The notes beneath the pieces were generated by a model. It was not told where the DNA came from, did not search any database, and saw only the letters and a list, made by a program, of their open reading frames with translations. DNA of 64,000 nucleotides from an uncultured Actinomycetota bacterium. GTDB lineage: Bacteria; Actinomycetota; Geothermincolia; Geothermincolales; RBG-13-55-18. The stretch lies in the NCBI GenBank assembly GCA_964462595.1, contig CAYWXM010000032.1, forward strand, positions 22,465-86,464, read 5' to 3'. The translations under genes and the position numbers were made by a program. Below are positions 37,650 through 46,473 of the stretch, in pieces; within the stretch, counting starts at the first letter, position 1; every line of letters begins with the position of its first letter.

Positions 37650-38783
37650 TTACACTCCGCTGATGGTCTCGATGAAAGCCTGCAGGCGGGTGCGGAGTTG
37701 ACCGCGCGAGAAGGATTGCAGCTCGTTCTCCAGCACCAGCGAGGGCACCTCGAGCTCTTCCATCAGCCGTCCCTTCATGTAAGGTATGTCGAAGAGGTGG
37801 GGCTCGCAGAAGGACTGCAGGAAGAAGACGACGCCCTTGGCGCCGCTGTCCCGCACCTGCCGCAGAAGGTGTTCCATGCGATCCTCGATGCTCTGTTGCT
37901 TGGCGGGGCAGTTCACCCTCCCCCACAAGCGCCTGGCCAGTGCCTCCTCGGGCGAATCCGCCTCGTCGACGTAGTTATCGAAGTAACGGTGGCCGCTGCA
38001 GAAGTCGTCGTCCACAACGTCCGCGCCCAGTTCGACGACGAGCTCCATGATGTCGGGGATGGTGCATACGCTGCCGCTCAGGAGGAGGGGCGTCCTGGCA
38101 TCGGCTTGCGGACTTCCCGCATCCAGCCCTTCCAGCAGCTCGTGCAGTAGCTCGTTGTGCTTCTCGCGGCGCATCCAGAACCCTGCGGTAATGACGGCGG
38201 TGGCGGACAGGCCGTCGATAACGCCATGGTTGGTTGCGCGCAACTTGTACAGGCGATCGGCCAGGCGCCGGTTGCGGTTGTAGACGTGTATGCTCTCGTT
38301 GAGGGCATCGTCCCAGATGTCCTCCCCCGTGTACTCCTCCACGCTGCGGCGGAAGCGTTTCACCTCCTCCACCACGAAGGGCAGGGAGGTATCCTCGCCC
38401 ATGCGGATGGGAAGCACCAGGTCTCCGTGGAAGGGGAAATTCGTGTTGCGGCGCCAGATGTCCGAGAGGCGCATCATGGTATCGCAGGTCTGCACGAAGA
38501 CCGCGCCTTCCAGGTAATCCAACTCGCCGGCGAGTGCCATGTCCAGGTCGGTGCGGGCAAGCGAGCAGCAATAGGTCTGGAGATATGCGTCAGAGTGTGT
38601 GAGAGAACGCACCGCGCCCATGAGGCGCACCGGAGTGAAGCCGGCTGCATGCAGGATCTCCTCCGGTGTGTAGGAACAGAACACTCCCATGGGTATCTCG
38701 CCTTCATCCCGGAGTTTCGCCATGTGCGGGTAGGGATCCCTCCATAATTCCAGGCTCTCGTCTATGATGGTCTGGACATCCAT
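37650..38783 (-). CDS. 2-hydroxyacyl-CoA dehydratase family subunit (HgdA/BcrC-like)
   Basis: HGD-D family. AAAGGAG RBS. Confidence 0.75.
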   Translation of the reverse strand: MDVQTIIDESLELWRDPYPHMAKLRDEGEIPMGVFCSYTPEEILHAAGFTPVRLMGAVRSLTHSDAYLQTYCCSLARTDLDMALAGELDYLEGAVFVQTCDTMMRLSDIWRRNTNFPFHGDLVLPIRMGEDTSLPFVVEEVKRFRRSVEEYTGEDIWDDALNESIHVYNRNRRLADRLYKLRATNHGVIDGLSATAVITAGFWMRREKHNELLHELLEGLDAGSPQADARTPLLLSGSVCTIPDIMELVVELGADVVDDDFCSGHRYFDNYVDEADSPEEALARRLWGRVNCPAKQQSIEDRMEHLLRQVRDSGAKGVVFFLQSFCEPHLFDIPYMKGRLMEELEVPSLVLENELQSFSRGQLRTRLQAFIETISGV

Positions 38784-39010
38784 GACGCTCCTTTCATACG
38801 CAGTGCCGTTCCCTCCGCCTTGAACGTTACATCTATTCTATCTATTGAAGGCACATATTACAGCATCAAGTGTCATTGCGAGGCGATGCTCACAGCGAAG
38901 CTGGCGCGAGCGGAACTAACGCAGGCGAGCGGCTCACGTCAATAACGGCGCGCCCGTAAAGCCGTTAACGCACGCATTTAACGAACGTATATAAGATCGG
39001 GACGGGGCTT

Positions 39011-39098
39011 ATATATACGCCCAGGCCGATTTCCGGGCGTGACCCCAAGGCCTATATATATACGCCCAGGCCGATTTCCGGGCGTGACCCCAAGGCCT
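39011..39098. repeat. Tandem direct repeat (2 x ~44 bp) tatatatacgcccaggccgatttccgggcgtgaccccaaggcc
   Basis: Each unit contains GGCCGATTTCCGGGCGTGACCCC. This is the reverse complement, with one mismatch, of the 25-mer at 12451 and 13646. Confidence 0.8.
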
Positions 39099-39109
39099 GG
39101 CAAGGCCGG

Positions 39110-39730
39110 TTAGTTGCCCTTCTTGCCGTTGCCGGCTCCGCCGCCGCCTCCAGGAGGAGCGGCGCCGGGTGGGTAGACCACGATAGCGGGGTCTGGGCAG
39201 GTGACGCAGGTGTTCTGGCAGGCTCCGCAACCCGTGCACTTCTCCGCGTTCACGTGGGGCCTGCCCCGGGAATCTATATCGATGGCCCCGTATGAGCAGC
39301 GCTCGTAGCATACCAGGCAGGCCTTGCCCTCGTTCCAGGCGATGCACTTGGAACGGTTTACCGCGGCCGTGCCGATGCGCACTTCATCATCGGCTGGCTC
39401 GCGTATCGCGCCTACCGGGCAGGCTTTCGCGCAAGCGCGGCCGCACAGCTCGAACTCGCACTTGCCCAGGGCGGGGTTGAGGCGAGGCGTCCACAGCTTG
39501 GCGGTGCCGAACTCCCTGCCCGCGGGCTCCAGGCAATTGGTAAGGCAGGCGCGCACGCATTCCCCGCAGCGCAGGCAGCGCGTGGCGAAAGCGGCTTCGT
39601 CCTGGGCTCCCGGCGGCCGCAGCAAAACGGAGCTGCCCTGGTCGCGCAGCAGGCCGTAGGCGAAAAGCGACGCGGTACCCGCCACTCCGATGGCCAGGAA
39701 ATCGCGGCGGCCTATCTTCAGATCTCGCAT
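39110..39730 (-). CDS. Tat-exported 4Fe-4S ferredoxin-type protein (NapG-like)
   Basis: Twin-arginine signal RRDFLAIGVAG. Multiple CxxCxxCxxxCP motifs. GGAGGAGG RBS. Confidence 0.8.
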   Translation of the reverse strand: MRDLKIGRRDFLAIGVAGTASLFAYGLLRDQGSSVLLRPPGAQDEAAFATRCLRCGECVRACLTNCLEPAGREFGTAKLWTPRLNPALGKCEFELCGRACAKACPVGAIREPADDEVRIGTAAVNRSKCIAWNEGKACLVCYERCSYGAIDIDSRGRPHVNAEKCTGCGACQNTCVTCPDPAIVVYPPGAAPPGGGGGAGNGKKGN

Positions 39731-40626
39731 ACTATCGCCTCCTCCGGGGTATCCTGCCCCCGCGGAGCTTTACCGGAGGCGAGCACCGCCGCCCCCATGA
39801 CTCGCAGCGACAGCGCTCCCACCTCGGGGCACGCGGCAACGCATTCTCCACACAGCGCGCAGTCGGCCATGAACAGACGGCCTGTCTTCCTGCTGTCCGC
39901 TACCTCGGTGATGCCGAAGGGGCAGGCGCAGACGCACTTGCCGCAGTGGGTGCAGGCGGCTTCGTCCTTTACCAGGGCCAAGGGGCTGGCCTTAGCGGGA
40001 AGGCGGGACCCGGCCATGCCCACCAGGGAGAGGGCGGCTCCCAAGGGGCACATCTCCTGGCACCAGAAGCGCGGCCCCACCACCACCGCCAGCACCGCCA
40101 GGGCGATAAAAAAGAATGGCACGCTGCCGAGGAGGACGGTGACCACCGCGCGATTGGCGATCACCAGCGGGTCGAAGATCCAGATCGCGTTTATGCCCAG
40201 CGCGAAAAGCAGTACGAGTATCCCCAGAAACACGTATTTGAGCCGGATGCGGCGGTCGCCAGCTCCTATGGTCCTGCCGAAGATATCCCTGGGGCGAAGG
40301 CGGGACAGCTTCCTTGCGCGCCTGTTCTCCAGCGAGGGCAGCATCTCGAAGGCGGAGCCCAGGGGGCAGATCCAGCCGCAGAAGAGGCGGCCGCTGAACA
40401 GGGTCAATCCCAGCAGTATCCAGGCGGGAAGCAGGTAGAGCCAGAGCCCGCTCTCCCACGCCGCCGTTATCCCCGCCAGCGGGTCCACGCGCAGGAAGAG
40501 GTTCTCGTCCAGCTTGGCGCTGGGCGGATAAGCCGCAGCCCATACCGTGACGACGAAAAGCGCCATGAAAGCTGTCTGCACGGCACGGCGCAGCCAGTGT
40601 ACGGCGCGGCGTCGGTCCTTTTTCAT
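39718..40626 (-). CDS. NapH/MauN-like integral-membrane iron-sulfur protein
   Basis: TM helices plus CGWICP and CxxCxxCxxxCP motifs. GGAGGTGA RBS. Confidence 0.8.
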   Translation of the reverse strand: MKKDRRRAVHWLRRAVQTAFMALFVVTVWAAAYPPSAKLDENLFLRVDPLAGITAAWESGLWLYLLPAWILLGLTLFSGRLFCGWICPLGSAFEMLPSLENRRARKLSRLRPRDIFGRTIGAGDRRIRLKYVFLGILVLLFALGINAIWIFDPLVIANRAVVTVLLGSVPFFFIALAVLAVVVGPRFWCQEMCPLGAALSLVGMAGSRLPAKASPLALVKDEAACTHCGKCVCACPFGITEVADSRKTGRLFMADCALCGECVAACPEVGALSLRVMGAAVLASGKAPRGQDTPEEAIVCEI

Positions 40627-41609
40627 GCGCTCACCTCCACCATTCCCAGGGAGGCGAAGTCGGTGGTGCCCACGCCGAGCTGCTCTCCGTAGGCCAGGTA
40701 GCCTATGCTCGACGGCGCCACCCCGAACAGCGAACAGCAGTAGGAATCGATGGCCACGGGGTCGGTGCCGATCACGATCTGCCCCGGGCTGGATACCGTG
40801 CCCGGTCCCCCGGGGCCGCGGTCCAGTAGGATGTTGGTGGCATCGCTTACGATCAGCGCCGGCCTGACCGCCGTGTTTATCTCGGCGATGGCCTTATGCA
40901 GATCTATGTTGTGAAAATTCCCCATGGTCTGGGTGATGCCGATGAAGTTCTTCATGGCCATAGACAGCCCGGCCCCGCTGTGGTGCTTGACCTTGGGCAT
41001 GTTCACGATGACGTCGGCCGCGAAGATCTCCTCCAGGATGCCCGCGGAGGGAAGAGCGGTGGCCCCGGGAATCTGCACGATGCGCGCGGGCCCGGGCTTT
41101 CTCACCGCGTAAACGACCACCTCGGCCCCCGCCGCCCTGGCCGCCGCCCCTATGCCGTTCCTGTCCAGGGTCTGGTCGGGGAGGTCCTGCAGGATGTGGT
41201 CGAAGACGGTCACCCCAGATGCGCCCGCCGCCAGGAACCGGCGCACTGCCTCGCCCACCAGCTCCGGGTTGGTGGTGGTGGCGTCCTCGGGGGGCCGCGC
41301 GAAGGCGGCGTTGACCTTGATGAGCACTTTCTTGCCGGCGAGGCCCAGGGCCGCCACGCCACCCCATGCCTCCAGGCCCTTGCGCAGCATAAGCGCGGGG
41401 TCGGAGCCCTTGACCACCACCAGCCCGGGCGCAGGCGCCGCTGCGGGTTCGGGAGCCGGGATGTCCTCAGTAGATGCTGCCGGGCCCTCGTCCACGGGGC
41501 ATGTATCGCCGGCGTTGCTGCCGCAGCCGGGTATGGTAGCCGCCAGATAAACGGCACCCAGGGCGGCTGCCGCGCTTCCCGCCTTACCCAGGAATTTCCT
41601 TCTGTCCAT
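40623..41609 (-). CDS. DUF362 domain protein with Tat signal and lipobox
   Basis: MDRRKFLGKAGSAAAALG...IPGCGS. Start chosen at the ATG preceding the RR motif (the track's GTG 41627 is the alternative). Confidence 0.7.
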   Translation of the reverse strand: MDRRKFLGKAGSAAAALGAVYLAATIPGCGSNAGDTCPVDEGPAASTEDIPAPEPAAAPAPGLVVVKGSDPALMLRKGLEAWGGVAALGLAGKKVLIKVNAAFARPPEDATTTNPELVGEAVRRFLAAGASGVTVFDHILQDLPDQTLDRNGIGAAARAAGAEVVVYAVRKPGPARIVQIPGATALPSAGILEEIFAADVIVNMPKVKHHSGAGLSMAMKNFIGITQTMGNFHNIDLHKAIAEINTAVRPALIVSDATNILLDRGPGGPGTVSSPGQIVIGTDPVAIDSYCCSLFGVAPSSIGYLAYGEQLGVGTTDFASLGMVEVSA

Positions 41610-41689
41610 CTCCTGCAAATAGATCACTCCTTGCGCCGATTATCGCATCCGCGGTTCCGCATGTCCTTGACGTGCGTCACCGCCGCTCC

Positions 41690-41845
41690 CATTCCCGAAT
41701 ATTCGTTTTCTGTTGTATATACGCCGGCGAAGCCTTTATTGTTCGCCCGCAAGGAGTGATCGATATGATATGCGTCATTTTGGTAAGCGGGGTCGTATTT
41801 GTCCGCCCGCCACTCGTGGTGGATATTATTCGCGTAATATCTCGC
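41690..41845. promoter_or_regulatory. Promoter/operator region with AT-rich palindromes and ~38-bp imperfect direct repeats
   Basis: Palindromes are cgaatattcg at 41696-41705 and gatatta-ttcgcg-taatatc at 41822-41841. The direct repeats are tattgttcgcccgc... and tatttgtccgcccgc.... The region is upstream of the DUF362/NapH/NapG-like operon. Confidence 0.4.
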
Positions 41846-41890
41846 TTCACCGAAATCACGCGCTTTACCGCGACTTTAACCGGGGCTCGT

Positions 41891-42256
41891 TCAGGCATCG
41901 ACCACGCGTTTTATCGCGTTCACCAGCTCATCCGATACGCTCATCTTGTTGATATATCCCGCGGCTCCCGCTTCGATGGCGCGGGCAGCGAACAGCTTCT
42001 CGTCGTGAACGCTCAGGATCAGCACGGGTATCTCCGGGTACAAGCCCTTCACATCTTTCAAGACTTCCAGGCCGCTGCGGTCGGGCATGGTGATGTCGAG
42101 GATGATGACGTCCGGCGTCCTGGAATCCAACAGCCGCATCAATTCCCGCCATGTGGCCGCCTGGCCGGTCACGCGTATGTCGCTCTCTTCGGCGAGCATT
42201 TCTTCCAGGCTCTGCCTTACGACGGGATTGTCATCGAGTACGAACACCCCGATCAT
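41891..42256 (-). CDS. Stand-alone response-regulator receiver domain protein (NarL/LuxR-type REC without output domain)
   Basis: VLDDNPVVR...DVIILDITMPDRSG...LILSVHDE receiver motifs. 121 aa. Confidence 0.8.
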   Translation of the reverse strand: MIGVFVLDDNPVVRQSLEEMLAEESDIRVTGQAATWRELMRLLDSRTPDVIILDITMPDRSGLEVLKDVKGLYPEIPVLILSVHDEKLFAARAIEAGAAGYINKMSVSDELVNAIKRVVDA

Positions 42257-42682
42257 ATGCTGGCCCTCCGCTCCCGTCGACAGTGCCTTGCGTCCACGCG
42301 CCCCCCTCCGACCTCTACAGCGGCATTCGTACCGCCACCGCGCCGCCTTTCTTCTCAGAAGCTATTATTCCCACCTCGCCCCCCGAATTTCCCCATGTAT
42401 TCGCGCATGAAGGCGAAGGACAGGGGGTCGGCCCGTTGCAGGTCTTCCTGGCTTATGCCGTCACAGCGAGGAGGAACGGGCGATGCGGCAATCGTGCCAC
42501 CAAATTGTCATTGCGAGGAGCTGTAGGCGTCGAAGCAATCCCTTTTCAGCCATACCTGGTGTCAGATAGAGGAGATCGCTTCGCTGGCGATGAGAGGCGC
42601 TCGAGGCCCTCAGGCTCCGCGGTGGGTCAGCGCGCCCTTCCAGGCCCCGCCGGTTAAGCGCTCCTTTCCGGACCTCGCCGGG

Positions 42683-44017
42683 TCAGCGCAACGCCTCGGT
42701 GGCGGCCTCGATGCCGCTGCGCAGTGAGCCCTCCACGCAGGATATGAGGTACATATATTCCCCTGCCAGGTACAGTCCTTTCACGTCGCGGTAGTTGTTC
42801 TTGCGCATGTTGTGGATGGCCCTGGCCTGCCCGGGCGGGTCGAGGCAGATAGCCTCGTCCCAGCGCACCGCCTCGGTGATGTAGGGCTCGTCGGGCATGG
42901 TGGGGACGATCATCTGCAGGTCCTTGATCATCATCCTTTTCAGCTCCTCCAGGGGCAGTTCGTTGAGCTCCTTCGCGCGGCGCCCCCAGGTCAGGCTGTG
43001 CACCAGCCCTGCGCCGGGGGGTGAGAAGTAGGGCGACTTGCCGCCCGCATCGGCGAAGCCCGGCTGCATGGAGCCCTCGTTGCGGGAGAAGGTGACGGCG
43101 TACCATCCCTGGGGCAGGAGCCTCTCCTTGAGAGCGAAGATGAAGTGGATGCACGAGCTGTAGGTTACCGTCTCCAGTGGCTTGCGCAGGGTGTCGGGCA
43201 GGTCGGGGATGAGGTGCATGGCGGTAGTGGCGGTGGTGGCGCAGATGACCGCGGCGGCGTCCAGGAACCCCTCCGGCGTCTCTACCCCCTTCACCTTCCC
43301 GCCGTCGATGACCACCTTGTTCACGGGGGTGGAGAGGCGGATGGAGTCCTTGCATTCCTCGTAGAGGGCGGCGGGAAGTGAGCCGATGCCCTTCTTCAGG
43401 AACTTCAATCCCGGCATCAGCCCCATGAGCAGCGCCAGGACGTGCGCCGCCCCCACCTGGTCGGGCTCGCCCAGGGTGAGGGACGCGGTCATGGGCTGGA
43501 ACACGTAGTCCAGGGCCACCTGGCCGCCGTAACGCAGGACGTATTCCTCGATGCTGATATCGCTGAGGTCCAGGACCGGTTCGGGGTCCATGCTCTCGAA
43601 GTCGAAATCCTTCCGCCGCCTGAGCATGTGGTAGCCGACCTTGGCCATCTGGGGATAGCCCTTCCAGGGAAGTCCGCGGAACCTGACGATGTCGCGCCAG
43701 TGCTTTGCAGCTTCCCTGGGATTGATGGTTGCCGGGATGGGGTAGAGCTTGCCGTCCCTCCACATGGCTCCCATGAAATCGAAGCTCTTCACGGCGTCCT
43801 CCATGCCCAGCTCGTCGCAGAGCCGGAAGGTGGTGGTGCAGAGGTCGGCGGAGAACTGCGCCCCCAGTTCGAACTGGTAGCCCTCCTTCTGGTAGCCCCG
43901 CGCGCGGCCTCCCGCCACGTTCCTCTCCTCCAGGCACAGGACGTCCACGCCTTTCTTGCGCAATTCGTAGGTGGCCGCCAGCCCCGCCGGCCCAGCTCCG
44001 ATGACGATGACTTTCAT
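42683..44017 (-). CDS. FAD-dependent amine-oxidase-fold oxidoreductase (protoporphyrinogen-oxidase/phytoene-desaturase-like)
   Basis: MKVIVIGAGPAGLAATYEL...GGRA dinucleotide-binding motif. GGGAGGTAG RBS. Confidence 0.8.
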   Translation of the reverse strand: MKVIVIGAGPAGLAATYELRKKGVDVLCLEERNVAGGRARGYQKEGYQFELGAQFSADLCTTTFRLCDELGMEDAVKSFDFMGAMWRDGKLYPIPATINPREAAKHWRDIVRFRGLPWKGYPQMAKVGYHMLRRRKDFDFESMDPEPVLDLSDISIEEYVLRYGGQVALDYVFQPMTASLTLGEPDQVGAAHVLALLMGLMPGLKFLKKGIGSLPAALYEECKDSIRLSTPVNKVVIDGGKVKGVETPEGFLDAAAVICATTATTAMHLIPDLPDTLRKPLETVTYSSCIHFIFALKERLLPQGWYAVTFSRNEGSMQPGFADAGGKSPYFSPPGAGLVHSLTWGRRAKELNELPLEELKRMMIKDLQMIVPTMPDEPYITEAVRWDEAICLDPPGQARAIHNMRKNNYRDVKGLYLAGEYMYLISCVEGSLRSGIEAATEALR

Positions 44018-44035
44018 TTATCTACCTCCCTGGGG

Positions 44036-45133
44036 TCATATCCTCCCGTAGCCGCTCACATTGACCATGAAAGCTTTGCGCATCAGGAAGCGGTTGAAAA
44101 GAGGCATGAGGGGGAGGACGGCATGCATGGGATACTTCAACACGAGGTCCTGCGGGCTGCGATTCAATATGCGCTTGGCCGCCAGCAGCGGGTAGAAGGT
44201 CCGGTTGATGCGCCGGAACTCGTCGTAAGCCCCCGCCGGGTCGCTGTAGGCGCGCGCCGCGATCTTGCCCGATATGAAGGCGCCGTGCATGCCGAAGAAG
44301 AGCACGGGGTCCATCATCCCGGCCAGGGTACCGGCCAGGATAAGGTCGCCATGGAAGAGCCTGGGGTTGCTGAAACTGGCTATGGGCGCCCCCGCCGCTC
44401 CTCCCTTGGCCCCGCCCCCCAGGGGATAGAACCTCTTGAAGGGATAGCCGTCCTCCAGGGTGGCCGACTCGGCGAACTTCTCCATCTCCCACTTCGCCAC
44501 CGGCCGCTCGCGGTTGAAGATGAGGGCGAAGGCGATGCCGTTAACGGAACAGGTAAAGGCGTAGTCAGGCGTGTAATCGTCGAAGCAGAAGGAGACGCGG
44601 GCTTCCTGCCAGGGCACCCGGCACTTGGCGAAATAGCCGTAGAGGGACTTATAGGGCACGTTGGCCGCCTCGAAGCCGTCGGCGTGCAGGCCGGTGGCCA
44701 TGATGCTCCCCCGCGGCAGCTCGCGTACCTGCTTGTCCGTGATGATGGGCTGATCGAACTCGAACTTGACCCCCTCCTCCACGGCGATACGGTAGAGGTA
44801 ATGGTCCATGGAAGACGCCCGCGGCCCCCGCTCGATCATCCACAAGTCGATATTGGAGGGGAATCTCTGCTTGTAGCGTTTGCCGAATGCCCCGATAATC
44901 CCGTCGTCTATGCGCACCATCGCCGGCTTGAGATCGATGCTCACATAACGGGACATGGCGTCGGCGTCCATGGGCGTACCATGTGGCGAGGGGTTGTAGA
45001 CGGCCAGCCCCCCCACGCGCTTGCCCTTCTCCAGCACGATGACCTCGTGGCCCTCGCGCGCCAGGTTGATGGCGGCGATAAGCCCCGCCAAGCCGGCTCC
45101 CACTACGTGTACCGGACCCTTGTACTTGACCAT
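44036..45133 (-). CDS. FAD-dependent oxidoreductase, geranylgeranyl-reductase-like paralog A
   Basis: GxGxxG N-terminus. GGR-like C-terminal motif region ILAGTLAGMMDPVLFFGMHGAFISGKIAA, where the canonical GDAAG is replaced by GTLAG. Confidence 0.8.
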   Translation of the reverse strand: MVKYKGPVHVVGAGLAGLIAAINLAREGHEVIVLEKGKRVGGLAVYNPSPHGTPMDADAMSRYVSIDLKPAMVRIDDGIIGAFGKRYKQRFPSNIDLWMIERGPRASSMDHYLYRIAVEEGVKFEFDQPIITDKQVRELPRGSIMATGLHADGFEAANVPYKSLYGYFAKCRVPWQEARVSFCFDDYTPDYAFTCSVNGIAFALIFNRERPVAKWEMEKFAESATLEDGYPFKRFYPLGGGAKGGAAGAPIASFSNPRLFHGDLILAGTLAGMMDPVLFFGMHGAFISGKIAARAYSDPAGAYDEFRRINRTFYPLLAAKRILNRSPQDLVLKYPMHAVLPLMPLFNRFLMRKAFMVNVSGYGRI

Positions 45134-45142
45134 CATGCCCTC

Positions 45143-46267
45143 CTAAACGCCGATATATCTGGAATATTTATCCATTTGCTTGAGGAGCTTGTACCCAGGG
45201 ATCATGTTGGCCAGCAGTGCTCCCTGTATCCTGCCCATAGGCTCGTACCTCGACACGTCGCTTATCAGCCTCTTGAGCGCGACCCCCCGCATGAACTCCG
45301 GTGCGTAGTTGATGGCCACGCGGCGGAAAAACCACATGTTGTTGAAGCTGCGGTTGCATACCTCGAACATCTCCTGCGCGGTCGCCTTGTCCTCCAGGGC
45401 TATGGCCGCTATCTTGCCCGAGACCATGGCGCCGTGGCACCCGAAGTAGGTGCCGGGATCCTGGGCCCCCGCCAGCTTCCCCGCCAGTATCTTGTCCCCC
45501 TTGAACAGGCGCGGCTGGTTGGGGTAGCGGGATGCGAAATAACCCCTCTCCGGCCACCAGGTCTTGAACTCCACCCCTTCCGTCTCTTTGATCTGCCTTT
45601 CCCATATATCGCGGTGTTCCTTGCCCACGGGGCGGCGGGCGAAGAACAACCCGGCCACCACGCCGTTGGAGGAGGGAAGGTAGCAGTAATCGCGGGTGTA
45701 GTGGTCGAAATAGACCGAGACCCGCGAGGCCTGCGACGGCACTCCGTGGGGCCTGTACTTTCCGCTGAGCACGTAACCGTAAGCGGTCTCGCGGGGTATG
45801 CCCAGGGCGTCGAAGGCCTCTATGTAGGGGCCCGTGGCCACGATGGTGTTGGGCGGGAACTGGGCCAGGTCCTTCTGGGTCACAACGGGATTCCCCCACT
45901 CGAAGGTCACCCCCATGTCCGCGGCGACGTCGGCGAGGTAGCGGTCGATAGCCGTGCGGCGCGGCCCCCTTTCCACGTTATGCATCTTTGATTGAGCGGG
46001 GTCAAGCGCGCACAGCTTGCCGAAGGCATAGACGTTGAAGCTCTCGCAGGGCCTCACCTGGGGCTCCCCTATGCGTACGCCCAGGAAGCGCGACATCAGC
46101 TCGCAATCGAAGGGGGTCGTGTCCACGAAAGGATGCGCCCCCGGCATGCCGCCCGCGCGGTTGTACTTATCCACGCAGTGCACCTCGTAGCCCATCTTGC
46201 GCGCCGCGATGGCCGCGCACAGGCCGGAGAGCCCCGCCCCGACTATGTTTACTTTTTTCTCAGCCAT
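45143..46267 (-). CDS. FAD-dependent oxidoreductase, GGR-like paralog B
   Basis: Start at MAEKKVNIVGAGLSGL with AAGGAG RBS. C-terminal motif ILAGKLAGAQDPGTYFGCHGAMVSGKIAA. Confidence 0.8.
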   Translation of the reverse strand: MAEKKVNIVGAGLSGLCAAIAARKMGYEVHCVDKYNRAGGMPGAHPFVDTTPFDCELMSRFLGVRIGEPQVRPCESFNVYAFGKLCALDPAQSKMHNVERGPRRTAIDRYLADVAADMGVTFEWGNPVVTQKDLAQFPPNTIVATGPYIEAFDALGIPRETAYGYVLSGKYRPHGVPSQASRVSVYFDHYTRDYCYLPSSNGVVAGLFFARRPVGKEHRDIWERQIKETEGVEFKTWWPERGYFASRYPNQPRLFKGDKILAGKLAGAQDPGTYFGCHGAMVSGKIAAIALEDKATAQEMFEVCNRSFNNMWFFRRVAINYAPEFMRGVALKRLISDVSRYEPMGRIQGALLANMIPGYKLLKQMDKYSRYIGV

Positions 46268-46473
46268 TTGCGCTCCTTCACTATCGGTTATCCGGGAGAC
46301 CGGGCCGGTACTGTATAGAGGAACCCCCTGCTTCACCGCTACCCTTTAACCGTCCTCCACCATGTTCTTCCCGTCTCCATCCGTTTCCCCGTGCATGCCC
46401 CGCGCGCGAGGCCGCGGTGTCTTGTCCGCCATAGCCTCTTTCCCGTCCGGCCGCAAATCGAAATCGACGCCGC

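Noticed and set aside
39011-39098. Possible CRISPR array
   Set aside because: There are only two adjacent repeat units with no spacers and no cas genes. It is a simple tandem duplication.
39009-39347. Minus-strand 112-aa ORF with repeated RKSAWAYIYRPWGHA
   Set aside because: The internal repetition is just a translation of the tandem 44-bp DNA repeat, and the ORF overlaps the ferredoxin gene.
41677-41898. Minus-strand 73-aa ORF with internal peptide repeats
   Set aside because: It is generated by the ~38-bp DNA direct repeats in a promoter region. It has no RBS and overlaps the receiver gene end.
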